From: an uncultured bacterium
GTDB lineage: Bacteria > Abyssobacteria > SURF-5
DNA length: 40,018 nt
Direction: 5' to 3'
NCBI GenBank assembly: GCA_964510165.1
Contig: CAZEBC010000010.1
Span: 1-40,018 of the forward strand
The stretch's first letter is position 1. The number at the start of each line of letters is the position of its first letter. Position numbers and translations under genes: made by a program. This document shows, piece by piece, positions 9,328 to 17,801 of the stretch. The notes below the pieces were generated by a model. It did not search any database and was not told the DNA's origin. It worked only from the letters and a program-made list of their open reading frames with translations.

Positions 9328-10242
9328 TTATTCTACCACGTAATTGTAAGGATTCACAAGCCTGTCGTTCAGGCGAACCTCGTAATGAAGATGGGGACCG
9401 GTGCTCCGGCCGCTGGAGCCGACGCGCGCGATCAGTTCGCCGCGATGCACCTGGTCTCCCTGCTTGACAAGCAGCTTCTCGTTATGAGCGTACACGGTCA
9501 CGTAGCCGTAGCCGTGCTCGACCTCAAGCATTCGTCCCATTCCGTCACGCCAGCCAGCGAAGCGGACAACGCCGTCAGCGGTCGCGATGACCGGCGTGCC
9601 GCGCGGGGCGACGATGTCGCAACCTTCGTGAAATCGGCGCTTTCCGTTCATCGGGTCGGCCCGATAGCCGAAGCCGGACGAAATCCAGGCTTCATCGTAA
9701 ACCACAGGATTGATGGAAGGAATGCTTGAGAGTTTGGCGCCCTGCGTCTCAAAGATGTAGAGCACCTCGGACAAACTGTCGCGCAGTTCGAGAGACCCGT
9801 TGAGGAGTTCCTGTACTGATAGCGGGCCAGCGGCCTCCTCCTCAAACTCAGCGGGGGAAAAATCGGGCAGACTGGAGATGGCGTCCTCGTCGGGACCACC
9901 TTGGCCGCCCTTCGGATCACTTTTTGAACGCTCGCGCGGCTTGAGACCGGCGATGGTACGCAGTTTGTCCTCCAACTCCCTGAGAGTCGAAAACTCCCGA
10001 TTTAGCTCCGAGAGTTCGGCGTCGCGCGCCTGTATCTCGGCCTGGAGGTTCGACATCTGGGCCAGCTTTTCCTGCTTCCACTTGTGGCCCAGAAACAGGA
10101 CGGTGATAAGAGCAACCACCAGGAGGGACCCGGCTACGGAAGCTAAAGTCCACAGGGTGTGGGTTGAGAAATCAAAACTGTAGACCTTCCGCCCGGGCGA
10201 GTTCGGGACGAGCATCACACTCCACTTTTTCTGCATCTCCAC
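9328..10242 (-). CDS. M23 family metallopeptidase with N-terminal TM segment and coiled coil
   Basis: Zn motifs HEGCD (HxxxD), YAH and STGPHLHYEV (HxH). Also ISSGFGYRADP, a TM segment near aa 30-50 and a coiled coil. Start GTG 10242 or ATG 10236. Confidence 0.93.
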   Translation of the reverse strand: MEMQKKWSVMLVPNSPGRKVYSFDFSTHTLWTLASVAGSLLVVALITVLFLGHKWKQEKLAQMSNLQAEIQARDAELSELNREFSTLRELEDKLRTIAGLKPRERSKSDPKGGQGGPDEDAISSLPDFSPAEFEEEAAGPLSVQELLNGSLELRDSLSEVLYIFETQGAKLSSIPSINPVVYDEAWISSGFGYRADPMNGKRRFHEGCDIVAPRGTPVIATADGVVRFAGWRDGMGRMLEVEHGYGYVTVYAHNEKLLVKQGDQVHRGELIARVGSSGRSTGPHLHYEVRLNDRLVNPYNYVVE

Positions 10243-10370
10243 CTCGCCAACAACTCAAGTTGTCGAATTCGCATGCCAGCTCGATTCCACTTCTAGAACT
10301 GCCTGTAAACCAATAGGTTATATCAAACGCAGGCACTGGCAAAACTGTGAGATGCGCCCGAGTTGGGCCA

Positions 10371-10399
10371 AGTATAGCACACACTCCATGCCCAGTCAA
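10371..10399 (-). promoter_or_regulatory. Sigma-70-like promoter for the M23 gene
   Basis: Minus strand TTGACT-17 nt-TATACT with TG extension. Confidence 0.65.
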
Positions 10400-10466
10400 G
10401 CACAATTTTCCAGGTACCGGAAAAAAACCGCCTGCAGGCGCCATAGGGGAGCAAGAACTGAGCCAT

Positions 10467-10510
10467 AAAAAGGGAGCGGAGGAAACCTCTTTCATGGAAG
10501 TTTCCTCCGC
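10467..10510 (-). terminator. Probable intrinsic terminator downstream of rnpB
   Basis: 11 bp stem GCGGAGGAAAC / GTTTCCTCCGC (10476-10486, 10500-10510), followed on the minus strand by TCCCTTTTT. Confidence 0.6.
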
Positions 10511-10521
10511 AAATAATTCAT

Positions 10522-10935
10522 TGGAGCAGGCCTGTAAGCCGAGTTCTGTCTAGTTCCGCTGATGACGGAACCGAGATGGCCATTCGTCTGGGACGCCCGT
10601 TGCCGGACGCCTCAAGCGATCCAACCCGGAGGCATTGGAGCGGGCCACTCCATCGCCTCTCTATTTGATCTTGCTCCGGATGGGGTTTGCCAGGCCGACG
10701 GGTCACCCCGCCGCCGGTGCGCTCTTACCGCACCATTTCACCCTTACCGGCGCACCGGGCGGCGAACCGGCCGGCGCTGGTTCATCCCGCATGAAGCGGG
10801 GTTCCGGCGGTATGTTTTCTGTTGCACTTTCCTTGGGGTCGCCCCCACTCGCCGTTAGCGAGCATCCCGCCCTTTGGAGCTCGGACTTTCCTCGACCCCG
10901 CCCGAGGCGAGGCCGCGGCCATCCGGCCTGCTCCA
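10522..10935 (-). ncRNA. rnpB: RNase P RNA, bacterial type A
   Basis: Minus strand has GAGGAAAGTCCGAGC, GGAAAGTGCAACAGAAA, GGGTGAAATGGTGCGGTAAGAGCGCACC, GGCAAACCCC..GGAGCAA and ACAGAACTCGGCTTA. The ends TGGAGCAGGC / GCCTGCTCCA pair as P1. Confidence 0.97.
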
Positions 10936-10940
10936 CACTC

Positions 10941-10970
10941 ATTATACCAGTCACTCCTAAGTATTTGCAA
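10941..10970 (-). promoter_or_regulatory. rnpB promoter
   Basis: Minus strand TTGCAA-18 nt-TATAAT (TGG extension), ending about 6 nt before the RNA 5' end. Confidence 0.75.
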
Positions 10971-11012
10971 ATTGGAGTTTTAGATGATTTCTCGCTGGTC
11001 TCGAGAAAATAT

Positions 11013-11042
11013 TTGCCAAAACCTTCGGTTATGTGTTACAAT
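11013..11042 (+). promoter_or_regulatory. Sigma-70-like promoter for the HDOD-bEBP operon (divergent from rnpB)
   Basis: TTGCCA-18 nt-TACAAT with TG extension. Confidence 0.6.
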
Positions 11043-11094
11043 ACGCACGAAATTGTAATTAGCTCACTCGCACAGGGCGCTGCATCCCGGAACA

Positions 11095-11997
11095 ATGTCG
11101 GCCCAAACGCTCGAAAAGATCAGGCGCGAAATCGAGGAAATCGGGGCGCTGCCCACGTTGCCCGATGTTCCGATGAAAATCCTCGAGATCATCGCGAAAG
11201 AGGATTCCTCGATGCAGGATGTCGCGAAGATGATCGAGCGAGACCCCTCACTGGCGGCAAACATCCTGAAAGTCGCGAACTCGCCCTATTATGGAGTCCG
11301 CCAGAAAGTGGCGACCTTGCAGCTCGCGCTTACCATTCTGGGGCTCAACGAAATAATCAACGCCGTGACCAGCCTGTCCGTGGTGCGCATGTTTCCGGTG
11401 CGCAGCAAGTCTGACGGATTCGACAGGTTCAAGTTCTGGCGGCACTCATTCGGCTGCGCGGCCGCCTCCCAGATGCTGGGACGCGAAATGCGATTTGACA
11501 CGATGGGCGTCGAGTTTGTGGCGGGCTTGATCCACGACATTGGAAAGCTAATCATTGACCAGTTTTTCCCTGCAAAGATGAGGGCGATCCACGCCCTTCG
11601 CCAGAAGGACGGGCTTTCGTTGCAGGAGGCCGAAATCAGGGCCTTGGGCGTGGACCACGCCACGCTCGGCTCATGGCTGGCCGAGAACTGGCGCCTGCCG
11701 CCGGTGCTCGTGGAATCGATAATGTATCATCACCGCCCGCTTGATGTGCTTGCGCTCGCAACGCCAAGCCAGAACCCGGCGCTCACGGCCATCGTCCATC
11801 TCGCGGACATACTTGCGTCGGAGCCGGGATTGGGCTTCAGCGAAACTGCCCACCAGGAATCATTCACTGACGCGCTCGCATGGAAGATCATACTGGCGGA
11901 GCGGGCCGATCTCAACAAGGAGTCGCTGGGTCTGTTCATTGGAAAGTACGAGGAATACCGTGAGCGAGTGGATGCGCTAATACAGGCCGTGACATGA
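11095..11997 (+). CDS. HDOD domain-containing protein
   Basis: LPTLP, IERDPSLAANILKVANSPYYG, FWRHS, AGLIHDIGK, GVDHATLG.WLAENWRLP, IMYHH. Confidence 0.92.
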   Translation: MSAQTLEKIRREIEEIGALPTLPDVPMKILEIIAKEDSSMQDVAKMIERDPSLAANILKVANSPYYGVRQKVATLQLALTILGLNEIINAVTSLSVVRMFPVRSKSDGFDRFKFWRHSFGCAAASQMLGREMRFDTMGVEFVAGLIHDIGKLIIDQFFPAKMRAIHALRQKDGLSLQEAEIRALGVDHATLGSWLAENWRLPPVLVESIMYHHRPLDVLALATPSQNPALTAIVHLADILASEPGLGFSETAHQESFTDALAWKIILAERADLNKESLGLFIGKYEEYRERVDALIQAVT

Positions 11998-12016
11998 GCG
12001 TTCGAAAAGGGATGGC

Positions 12017-13378
12017 ATGAAACACGTACTTCTCATCAGCAAGGACAACGCGCTGGAAGGGCAGTTGTCGAAGGTTCTGGACGCGACCAAGATGCAGCTT
12101 GACCGTGCCGAATCGGCCGACCACGCCATGACGCTTTCGGCCAAGCTGCAATATGATGCGGTCCTTTTCGAGACGGCCCGCTTTGATGCCGCCGCCCTGG
12201 AATTCCTCGAGGACTTCCTTGACCAGAGTCCCCATACCCAGATGATCCCCCTCTGTCCGAACACGTCCGTCCAACGGGTGATCGATGCGATGCGTCTCGG
12301 CGCGGCGGATTTCATCCATCAGTCCTCCGGACCAGCGGAGATCATGGCCCGCATCAGCACATGTATCGAGAACCGCCGCTTGCGCAAAGAGGTAGACTTT
12401 CTCCGTCACACCCAGCCGCTCATCTACCGGTTTTACGATATCGTGGGCGTCTCGCCGTCCATGAAGAAGCTGTTCGCGCTCCTCAAGAAAGTGTCGCCCA
12501 CCGACGCCACGGTTCTCATCACCGGCGAGACGGGGACCGGAAAAGAACTGATAGCGGGCGCCATCCATTTCAACAGCCCGCGCAAGAAGAACAGCTTCGT
12601 GAAGGTCAACTGCGCCGCGCTCCCGGAGAACCTGCTTGAGAGCGAACTGTTCGGACACGAGAAAGGCGCCTTCACCGGCGCCCACAAGCAGCGCGTCGGC
12701 CGCTTCGAGCAGGCCGACCTGGGCAGCATCTTCCTCGATGAAATCGGCGATATGGGCGCGAGCACCCAGGCCAAGATTCTCAGGGTGCTCCAGGAGCATC
12801 AGTTCGAGAGGCTCGGCGGCACGCAGACAATCGACGTGGACGTGCGCGTCATCGCCGCCACCAACAAGAACCTTGCCGAGTTGATGAGCACGGGGCATTT
12901 CCGCGAAGACCTGTTCTACCGGCTCAACGTGGTCAATATCGATCTCGCGCCGCTTCGCGATCGGCCGGAGGACATCGAGCCGCTTGTCGCGCACTTCCTC
13001 AAGCGGTATTCCGGCCAGATCAACAACCAGGTGGCCAAGGTGGACCCCGCCGCCATGACGATGCTCAAGGAGTATCATTGGCCCGGCAACATCAGACAAC
13101 TCCAAAACGTCATCGAGCGCGCCGTTATCATGTGCGAGGGAAATGAGATCAAGCCCGAACATATCGCGCTCTACGACAGGGGTCCGCAGAAGAAGGACGA
13201 AGCGGTCGGAATTCCCAACGGCGGCCTGAAACTGATGGACGTCGAGCGTCAGCTTATCATCCAGGCCCTTGAACGCACCGGGTGGGTTCAGAAGAACGCG
13301 GCAAGACTCCTCGGCATCAGCCCCCGCGTGATCAATTACAAAATCCGCAAGCACAAGATCAAACGCGAAAAGCTGTGA
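12017..13378 (+). CDS. Sigma-54-dependent transcriptional activator (bEBP) with atypical receiver domain and Fis-type HTH
   Basis: GETGTGKE, ESELFGHEKGAFTGA, FLDEIG, FREDLFYRLNV, WPGNIRQLQN and C-terminal AARLLGIS. Confidence 0.95.
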   Translation: MKHVLLISKDNALEGQLSKVLDATKMQLDRAESADHAMTLSAKLQYDAVLFETARFDAAALEFLEDFLDQSPHTQMIPLCPNTSVQRVIDAMRLGAADFIHQSSGPAEIMARISTCIENRRLRKEVDFLRHTQPLIYRFYDIVGVSPSMKKLFALLKKVSPTDATVLITGETGTGKELIAGAIHFNSPRKKNSFVKVNCAALPENLLESELFGHEKGAFTGAHKQRVGRFEQADLGSIFLDEIGDMGASTQAKILRVLQEHQFERLGGTQTIDVDVRVIAATNKNLAELMSTGHFREDLFYRLNVVNIDLAPLRDRPEDIEPLVAHFLKRYSGQINNQVAKVDPAAMTMLKEYHWPGNIRQLQNVIERAVIMCEGNEIKPEHIALYDRGPQKKDEAVGIPNGGLKLMDVERQLIIQALERTGWVQKNAARLLGISPRVINYKIRKHKIKREKL

Positions 13379-13383
13379 TAGAT

Positions 13384-13423
13384 TATATTGGGTGACACCA
13401 TGCCGCATGGCGCCCCCAATATA
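13384..13423. repeat. Palindromic repeat family B, copy 1
   Basis: TATATTGGGTGACACCATG ccg CATGGCGCCCCCAATATA. Matches consensus AAATYGGGGACAYCATG-N3-CATGGTGTCCCCRATTT. Confidence 0.75.
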
Positions 13424-13555
13424 GCCGTACCGTGTTGCTATGTCGTGCTTGACAGTCCGATATCTCCAACCCGTAATTCACGATGGTTTTCATTTTTCTC
13501 CTCGTTTCCGCTACAATCCGATTTGGACGCCGAGATCAATCTGAGGGAGGCTCAT

Positions 13556-15193
13556 ATGCCGGGAACCTATGACAACCTGGTGGTGGGCGTGGACGTGGGG
13601 ACTGGCAGCGTTCGCGCGGGGGTTTTCGATTTGCGCGGAAAGATGCTGGGCTCGGGCGAATGTTCGATCAAGATATACCGACCCGCGCCTGATTTCGTGG
13701 AGCAGTCTTCCGATGACATCTGGCGGGCCGCCGGCCGGGCAATCAGAAATTCTCTCTGGTCTGCCGGGGTGGCGGCTGCGCGGGTGGTCGGGCTCAGCTT
13801 TGACGCGACATGCTCGCTTGTCACGCTTGATCGAAATGACCGCCCGATGACCGTATCGCCGACGGGCAAGGCGGACCGCAACGTCATCGTGTGGATGGAC
13901 CACAGGGCCATCGGTCAGGCCGATCGCATCAATTCGACTCGTCACCGCGTGCTCAGGTATGTCGGCGGAAAGCTCTCGCCCGAACAAGAACCGCCAAAGC
14001 TCCTTTGGATAAAGGAAAACCTGCCGCGCACCTGGAAGAACGCGGGCAAGTTCCTGGACCTCGCCGATTTCATGGTGTACCGTGCAACCGGCAACGACAT
14101 AAGGAGCCTGTGCACAGTCGTCTGCAAGTGGACATACCTCGGACACGAAGGAAAGCACGGACGGTGGGACAAGTCGTTCTTCGAGGGGGTCGGCCTTGAA
14201 GACATATTCGAGAACGGCCGGGTCTCGAAGACGGTCCGCCCGATGGGAACCTATGCGGGCCCGCTGACCGAGGTATCCGCAAAGGAACTCGGTTTGGCGC
14301 CGGGCACTGCCGTTGCTGTCGGCATCATTGATGCGCATGCCGGCGGAGTCGGCGTCCTCGGGTCGGCTCTGCGGTCGGGAGCCGGAGCGCAGAGTGTGCT
14401 TGCGCTCATTGGCGGAACCTCGTCGTGCCACATGGCGACCACTGAGAAACCGGTATTCGTGAAGGGCGTCTGGGGACCCTATTTCGGGGCGATGATACCC
14501 GGAATGTGGCTGCTCGAGGGCGGCCAGAGCGCAACCGGGTCGCTGATCGATCACGTCATAGCCGACAGCGCCGCGGCTCGACAACTTCTTGCGACGGCCA
14601 AGAAAGAGAACAAGACCCCATATGAAATTCTGAACGCGGAAGTCCAGCGCATCAAGACGCGCGAGAAAAAGGGGCCGGAAATCACCAAGAACCTGCATAT
14701 ACTGCCGTATTATCACGGCAACCGTTCGCCGCACGCCGACCCCCATGCTCGAGGGATGCTCGACGGCTTGTCGCTCGATTGTACACTCGAAAACCTCGCG
14801 CTCCGCTACTATGCCGCTCTTCAGGCAATCGCGTACGGAACGCGCCACATAATCGAGGCGCTCAACTCGAAGGGGCTCTCGATAACCGCCATCCACGCAT
14901 GCGGCGGCGGAACCAAAAATCCGCTTTGGCTGCGGGAGCATGCCGACGTGACCGGCTGCGACATCCTGCTTCCGCGCGAGCCGGAAGCGATGCTGCTCGG
15001 GACTGCTATCCTGGCGGCGGTCGGCGCGGGCGCGTATCCCTCAGTCACAGACGCGATGGCGGCGATGGGACGCAGCGGCAAAGCAGTCAGGGCGAATCCG
15101 ACCACGAAGCGCTATCACGACGCCAAGTATTCGATATTCCGGAAGATGTACACGTGTCAGCTCAGCCACCGAGCGGCGATGGCGGGGTTTTAG
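13556..15193 (+). CDS. FGGY-family carbohydrate kinase (D-ribulokinase/pentulose kinase-like)
   Basis: GVDVGTGSVRA, FDATCSLV, WMDHRA, IDAHAG, GTSSCH, GVWGPY, EGGQSATG, HGNRSPHADP. ATG 13556 is preceded by SD GGGAGG. Confidence 0.93.
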   Translation: MPGTYDNLVVGVDVGTGSVRAGVFDLRGKMLGSGECSIKIYRPAPDFVEQSSDDIWRAAGRAIRNSLWSAGVAAARVVGLSFDATCSLVTLDRNDRPMTVSPTGKADRNVIVWMDHRAIGQADRINSTRHRVLRYVGGKLSPEQEPPKLLWIKENLPRTWKNAGKFLDLADFMVYRATGNDIRSLCTVVCKWTYLGHEGKHGRWDKSFFEGVGLEDIFENGRVSKTVRPMGTYAGPLTEVSAKELGLAPGTAVAVGIIDAHAGGVGVLGSALRSGAGAQSVLALIGGTSSCHMATTEKPVFVKGVWGPYFGAMIPGMWLLEGGQSATGSLIDHVIADSAAARQLLATAKKENKTPYEILNAEVQRIKTREKKGPEITKNLHILPYYHGNRSPHADPHARGMLDGLSLDCTLENLALRYYAALQAIAYGTRHIIEALNSKGLSITAIHACGGGTKNPLWLREHADVTGCDILLPREPEAMLLGTAILAAVGAGAYPSVTDAMAAMGRSGKAVRANPTTKRYHDAKYSIFRKMYTCQLSHRAAMAGF

Positions 15194-15272
15194 CAAGGAC
15201 GGGTTGTTGGTGCAATCTCCGCTCTCGCGGTGTTATAATCGGATTGGGCAAGACGATTCCTTAGGGGGGATT

Positions 15273-15395
15273 ATGAAGGGTGAGCATAAGGAAGACCAGT
15301 CACGGTACACGGTCGGCTTTTTCCTGCTCGTGCTGATCCTGGTGGCATCTGTTCTCGCGGTGACGCTGAAAGTGCTCTTCGCCTGGCTCAGTTGA
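15273..15395 (+). CDS. Small (40 aa) single-pass membrane protein
   Basis: MKGEHKEDQSRYTVGFFLLVLILVASVLAVTLKVLFAWLS. G-rich SD (AGGGGGGA) and extended -10 TGTTATAAT at 15231-15239. Confidence 0.6.
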   Translation: MKGEHKEDQSRYTVGFFLLVLILVASVLAVTLKVLFAWLS

Positions 15396-15433
15396 TGCCC
15401 TGCTCACGCGACGAAAAGCATGCGTGTGGGGTC

Positions 15434-16669
15434 TCACTCTGAAAAATGCTGCGAGTGGAACGCCAATGAGCGCCTGATGCGCTGGACATCGGGATTCAGG
15501 AGCGCGTTCACATTCTTCACGCCGTATACCTGAAAAAGTTCCTCGTCCGTCTTTCCCCGCGCGTGTTCGGCGACCAGCGTTCCGTTGATGAAGCCGGGAT
15601 ACGTGTGATTGGAAGTGGGCGGAAGCCCTTTCACCAGTTCGAACTGCACCGCTACGCCGCGTTCCTCCAGGATGCCCGCCAGCTTTTGAGCGCCGACATC
15701 GTATTTCCTCTTGTCGCCCTCCGCAACGTCTATATATACTCTGAGTCCGTCAAGGTCGCGCGCAGCCGCGAGCGTAATGGGGTCGTTAGCATCCCACACT
15801 GCCTCATTCACGAACATGCGGCGAAGCAGGTTCATGGTGAACTTGTGCGAGACATAGCCTCTTTTGTTCTTGTCATATTCAACAAAGTATTTATCAGCCT
15901 CGGGGGAAAACGGAGAGATGGGAATCAGCATCGGCGCGTGAGCGCTGACCGAATCGAACATGGCGGGATATCGAAACGCGAGTGAGAGCGCGCTGAAGCC
16001 GCCCGTCGAGAAACCGCATATCGCCCGAAAATCTTTGCCGCGCTTTATCCGGTGTGTCTGCTCGACGTGCTCGATGAATTCCGCGACAAAGAAATCCGAG
16101 TAATGGCTCCGCGTAAGGTCCCACCGATGAATGAAGCCATATGTTCCCAGGTAGGTCGGGTCGTCAAGCGCGCGATAGAGGCCTCTGGCCGCTCTGAACG
16201 GAAAGCTGATCACACTCACAAGCAACGGCCGCTCGTAATGTCCCCAATTGACGATTATGCCGGTCGAGAAACATCGCGGCATCACCACGATCATCTCGCG
16301 CGCCTCTGCCGTCTCTATGAAAGCGTCGAGCGCCTCATCCACATGCCAGGTGAGCCAATCCTTATGAGCCTGCTTTGGAGTATCAAACCCGTGGATGTAA
16401 TAGAGGACCGGATATTCCCTCTCCGGTTGATTGAGATAACTCGGCGGCAGATAAATGGAATATTCGACGTCGCGGTTAAGAATCTCAGAGTAGAGCGAAT
16501 CGCTCTTTACGTTGGTGTATCGTCGGAACTCCTCGTTGTAGAAATGCCCTCGCCGAGGTTGTTCCGCTCGGTGTTCTGTGGAGGCGGCTCCTTGATTGGA
16601 CAATCGCGTGTCGGTCGCGGCGCAACCGGCGCAGAGCAACAGGAAGAACAGAAGCGAGCGCCAATTCAT
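15434..16669 (-). CDS. Alpha/beta-hydrolase 'putative esterase' family lipoprotein
   Basis: Signal and lipobox MNWRSLLFFLLLCAGC, YSIYLPPSY, YPVLYYIHG, nucleophile elbow GFSTGG. An alternative start at 16747 overlaps the upstream stop (ATGA). Confidence 0.85.
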   Translation of the reverse strand: MNWRSLLFFLLLCAGCAATDTRLSNQGAASTEHRAEQPRRGHFYNEEFRRYTNVKSDSLYSEILNRDVEYSIYLPPSYLNQPEREYPVLYYIHGFDTPKQAHKDWLTWHVDEALDAFIETAEAREMIVVMPRCFSTGIIVNWGHYERPLLVSVISFPFRAARGLYRALDDPTYLGTYGFIHRWDLTRSHYSDFFVAEFIEHVEQTHRIKRGKDFRAICGFSTGGFSALSLAFRYPAMFDSVSAHAPMLIPISPFSPEADKYFVEYDKNKRGYVSHKFTMNLLRRMFVNEAVWDANDPITLAAARDLDGLRVYIDVAEGDKRKYDVGAQKLAGILEERGVAVQFELVKGLPPTSNHTYPGFINGTLVAEHARGKTDEELFQVYGVKNVNALLNPDVQRIRRSLAFHSQHFSE

Positions 16670-16705
16670 TCGGCGACGCCATGCCCCATGGTGTCCCCGA
16701 GTAAA
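16665..16705. repeat. Palindromic repeat family B, copy 2
   Basis: TTCATTCGGCGACGCCATG ccc CATGGTGTCCCCGAGTAAA. Confidence 0.7.
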
Positions 16706-16743
16706 GGCGCGACCTTTAATGCCCAATCCGCAATTCGACAGGG

Positions 16744-17277
16744 TCATCTCCTCATCAGCATGGTCTGTATCTTCAAGAGGCGCGCCTTGAATTCGATGAT
16801 GGCCTTGTTCGGGCTGGAGAACATGCCTTCGATAAGATCGTTCGACGCCCGAAGACGGCAGGCAAGCGCGACCGCCATCTTGAGGATTATCTTATAGCCG
16901 ATCATCGGTTTCTTGGCGACCAATCTGTCGAAGGATGCGCGGCTGAGCTTGAGCAGAACAGTCCGTTCGGTGCTCCAGACGGTCGCCGACCGGGGAGCGC
17001 CGTCCAGAAACGCCATTTCACCGAAGAATTCCCCCGGCCCGAGGAGACAGATATCTTTTTCGTCTCCGGCATACAGGATTTTCCCGATTCGCACCGTCCC
17101 TGAGAGGATGACGAACAGGTCGTCTGTCGTTTCCGTCTCGCGCACGATGCATTCTCCGGGACCGAACGCCTGCATCGAACACATCTTAAGCAGTCCCGCC
17201 ACTTCCTTTTCCGAGAAATCCTCGAAGAAGCGATTGGCCCTCACTTCCAAGGATGTAAGCACAATCTCGTCAGCCAT
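16744..17277 (-). CDS. Standalone cyclic nucleotide-binding domain protein
   Basis: LFVILSGTVRI and phosphate-binding cassette GEFFGEMAFLDGAPRSATV. No Crp HTH recognisable. Upstream TTGCAG-17-TAGAAT on the minus strand. Confidence 0.88.
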   Translation of the reverse strand: MADEIVLTSLEVRANRFFEDFSEKEVAGLLKMCSMQAFGPGECIVRETETTDDLFVILSGTVRIGKILYAGDEKDICLLGPGEFFGEMAFLDGAPRSATVWSTERTVLLKLSRASFDRLVAKKPMIGYKIILKMAVALACRLRASNDLIEGMFSSPNKAIIEFKARLLKIQTMLMRR

Positions 17278-17511
17278 CCGCCACCGCCTTGACGCAGAGC
17301 TTGCTAAACCAAAGGTTCATTCAACTCACTTATTCTACCATCCACAGCGCAAGCCTGCAATCAGCTTCATTACACTCCTTCGCGGTAACCGCCCCGGTTC
17401 GGAGCGATTGACCGAGACTGTATCTCGGAATGATAAACGCATGGCAGCGTATCGGTCGTCACAGAGCGCGCGCGATTGGCGCTGGAGACCGGATGAAAGA
17501 AAGGATACGGC

Positions 17512-17691
17512 ATGGTGGCACCGGCGCCCATTATTCTCAAGGGGAACAGCGCCCGACTTGTTGTTTCAATTCCCGACCGCGACCTCGCGTCCCGGCTCGG
17601 GCGTCGCCTCAAAGCGCTGACACCGTGGCTGAAAACTCGCCCCGTTACTCAGACCGACCTTCTCGTCACCGTGTCGGCGGCCGAGTCGTAA
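17512..17691 (+). CDS. Hypothetical small protein (59 aa), below the ORF-track cutoff
   Basis: MVAPAPIILKGNSARLVVSIPDRDLASRLGRRLKALTPWLKTRPVTQTDLLVTVSAAES*. SD AAAGGA 6 nt upstream. Fills an otherwise empty gap. Confidence 0.45.
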   Translation: MVAPAPIILKGNSARLVVSIPDRDLASRLGRRLKALTPWLKTRPVTQTDLLVTVSAAES

Positions 17692-17718
17692 TGTCCCCAC
17701 ATCACGTTCCTCACCAGT

Positions 17719-17781
17719 TTGACTTACCCGAAACAGAGTGGTATAATAGGGCCAGCTTAGTAAATATTTGAATCCAATTCA
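17719..17781 (+). promoter_or_regulatory. Near-consensus sigma-70 promoter of tetR plus candidate operator
   Basis: TTGACT(17719)-17 nt-TATAAT(17742) with TG extension. Downstream inverted repeat TGAAT-cca-ATTCA (17769-17781). Confidence 0.7.
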
Positions 17782-17801
17782 GAACCTGAAAGGAGCCCTA
17801 C

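Noticed and set aside
10260..10285. Sigma-54 promoter-like TGGCATG on the minus strand upstream of M23
   Set aside because: The -12 position reads CG rather than GC, and a good sigma-70 promoter is present at 10371-10399.
10518..11094. ORFs 10562-10858, 10635-11414, 10703-10954 and 10782-10970
   Set aside because: They overlap the RNase P RNA gene and its promoter and have no protein motifs.
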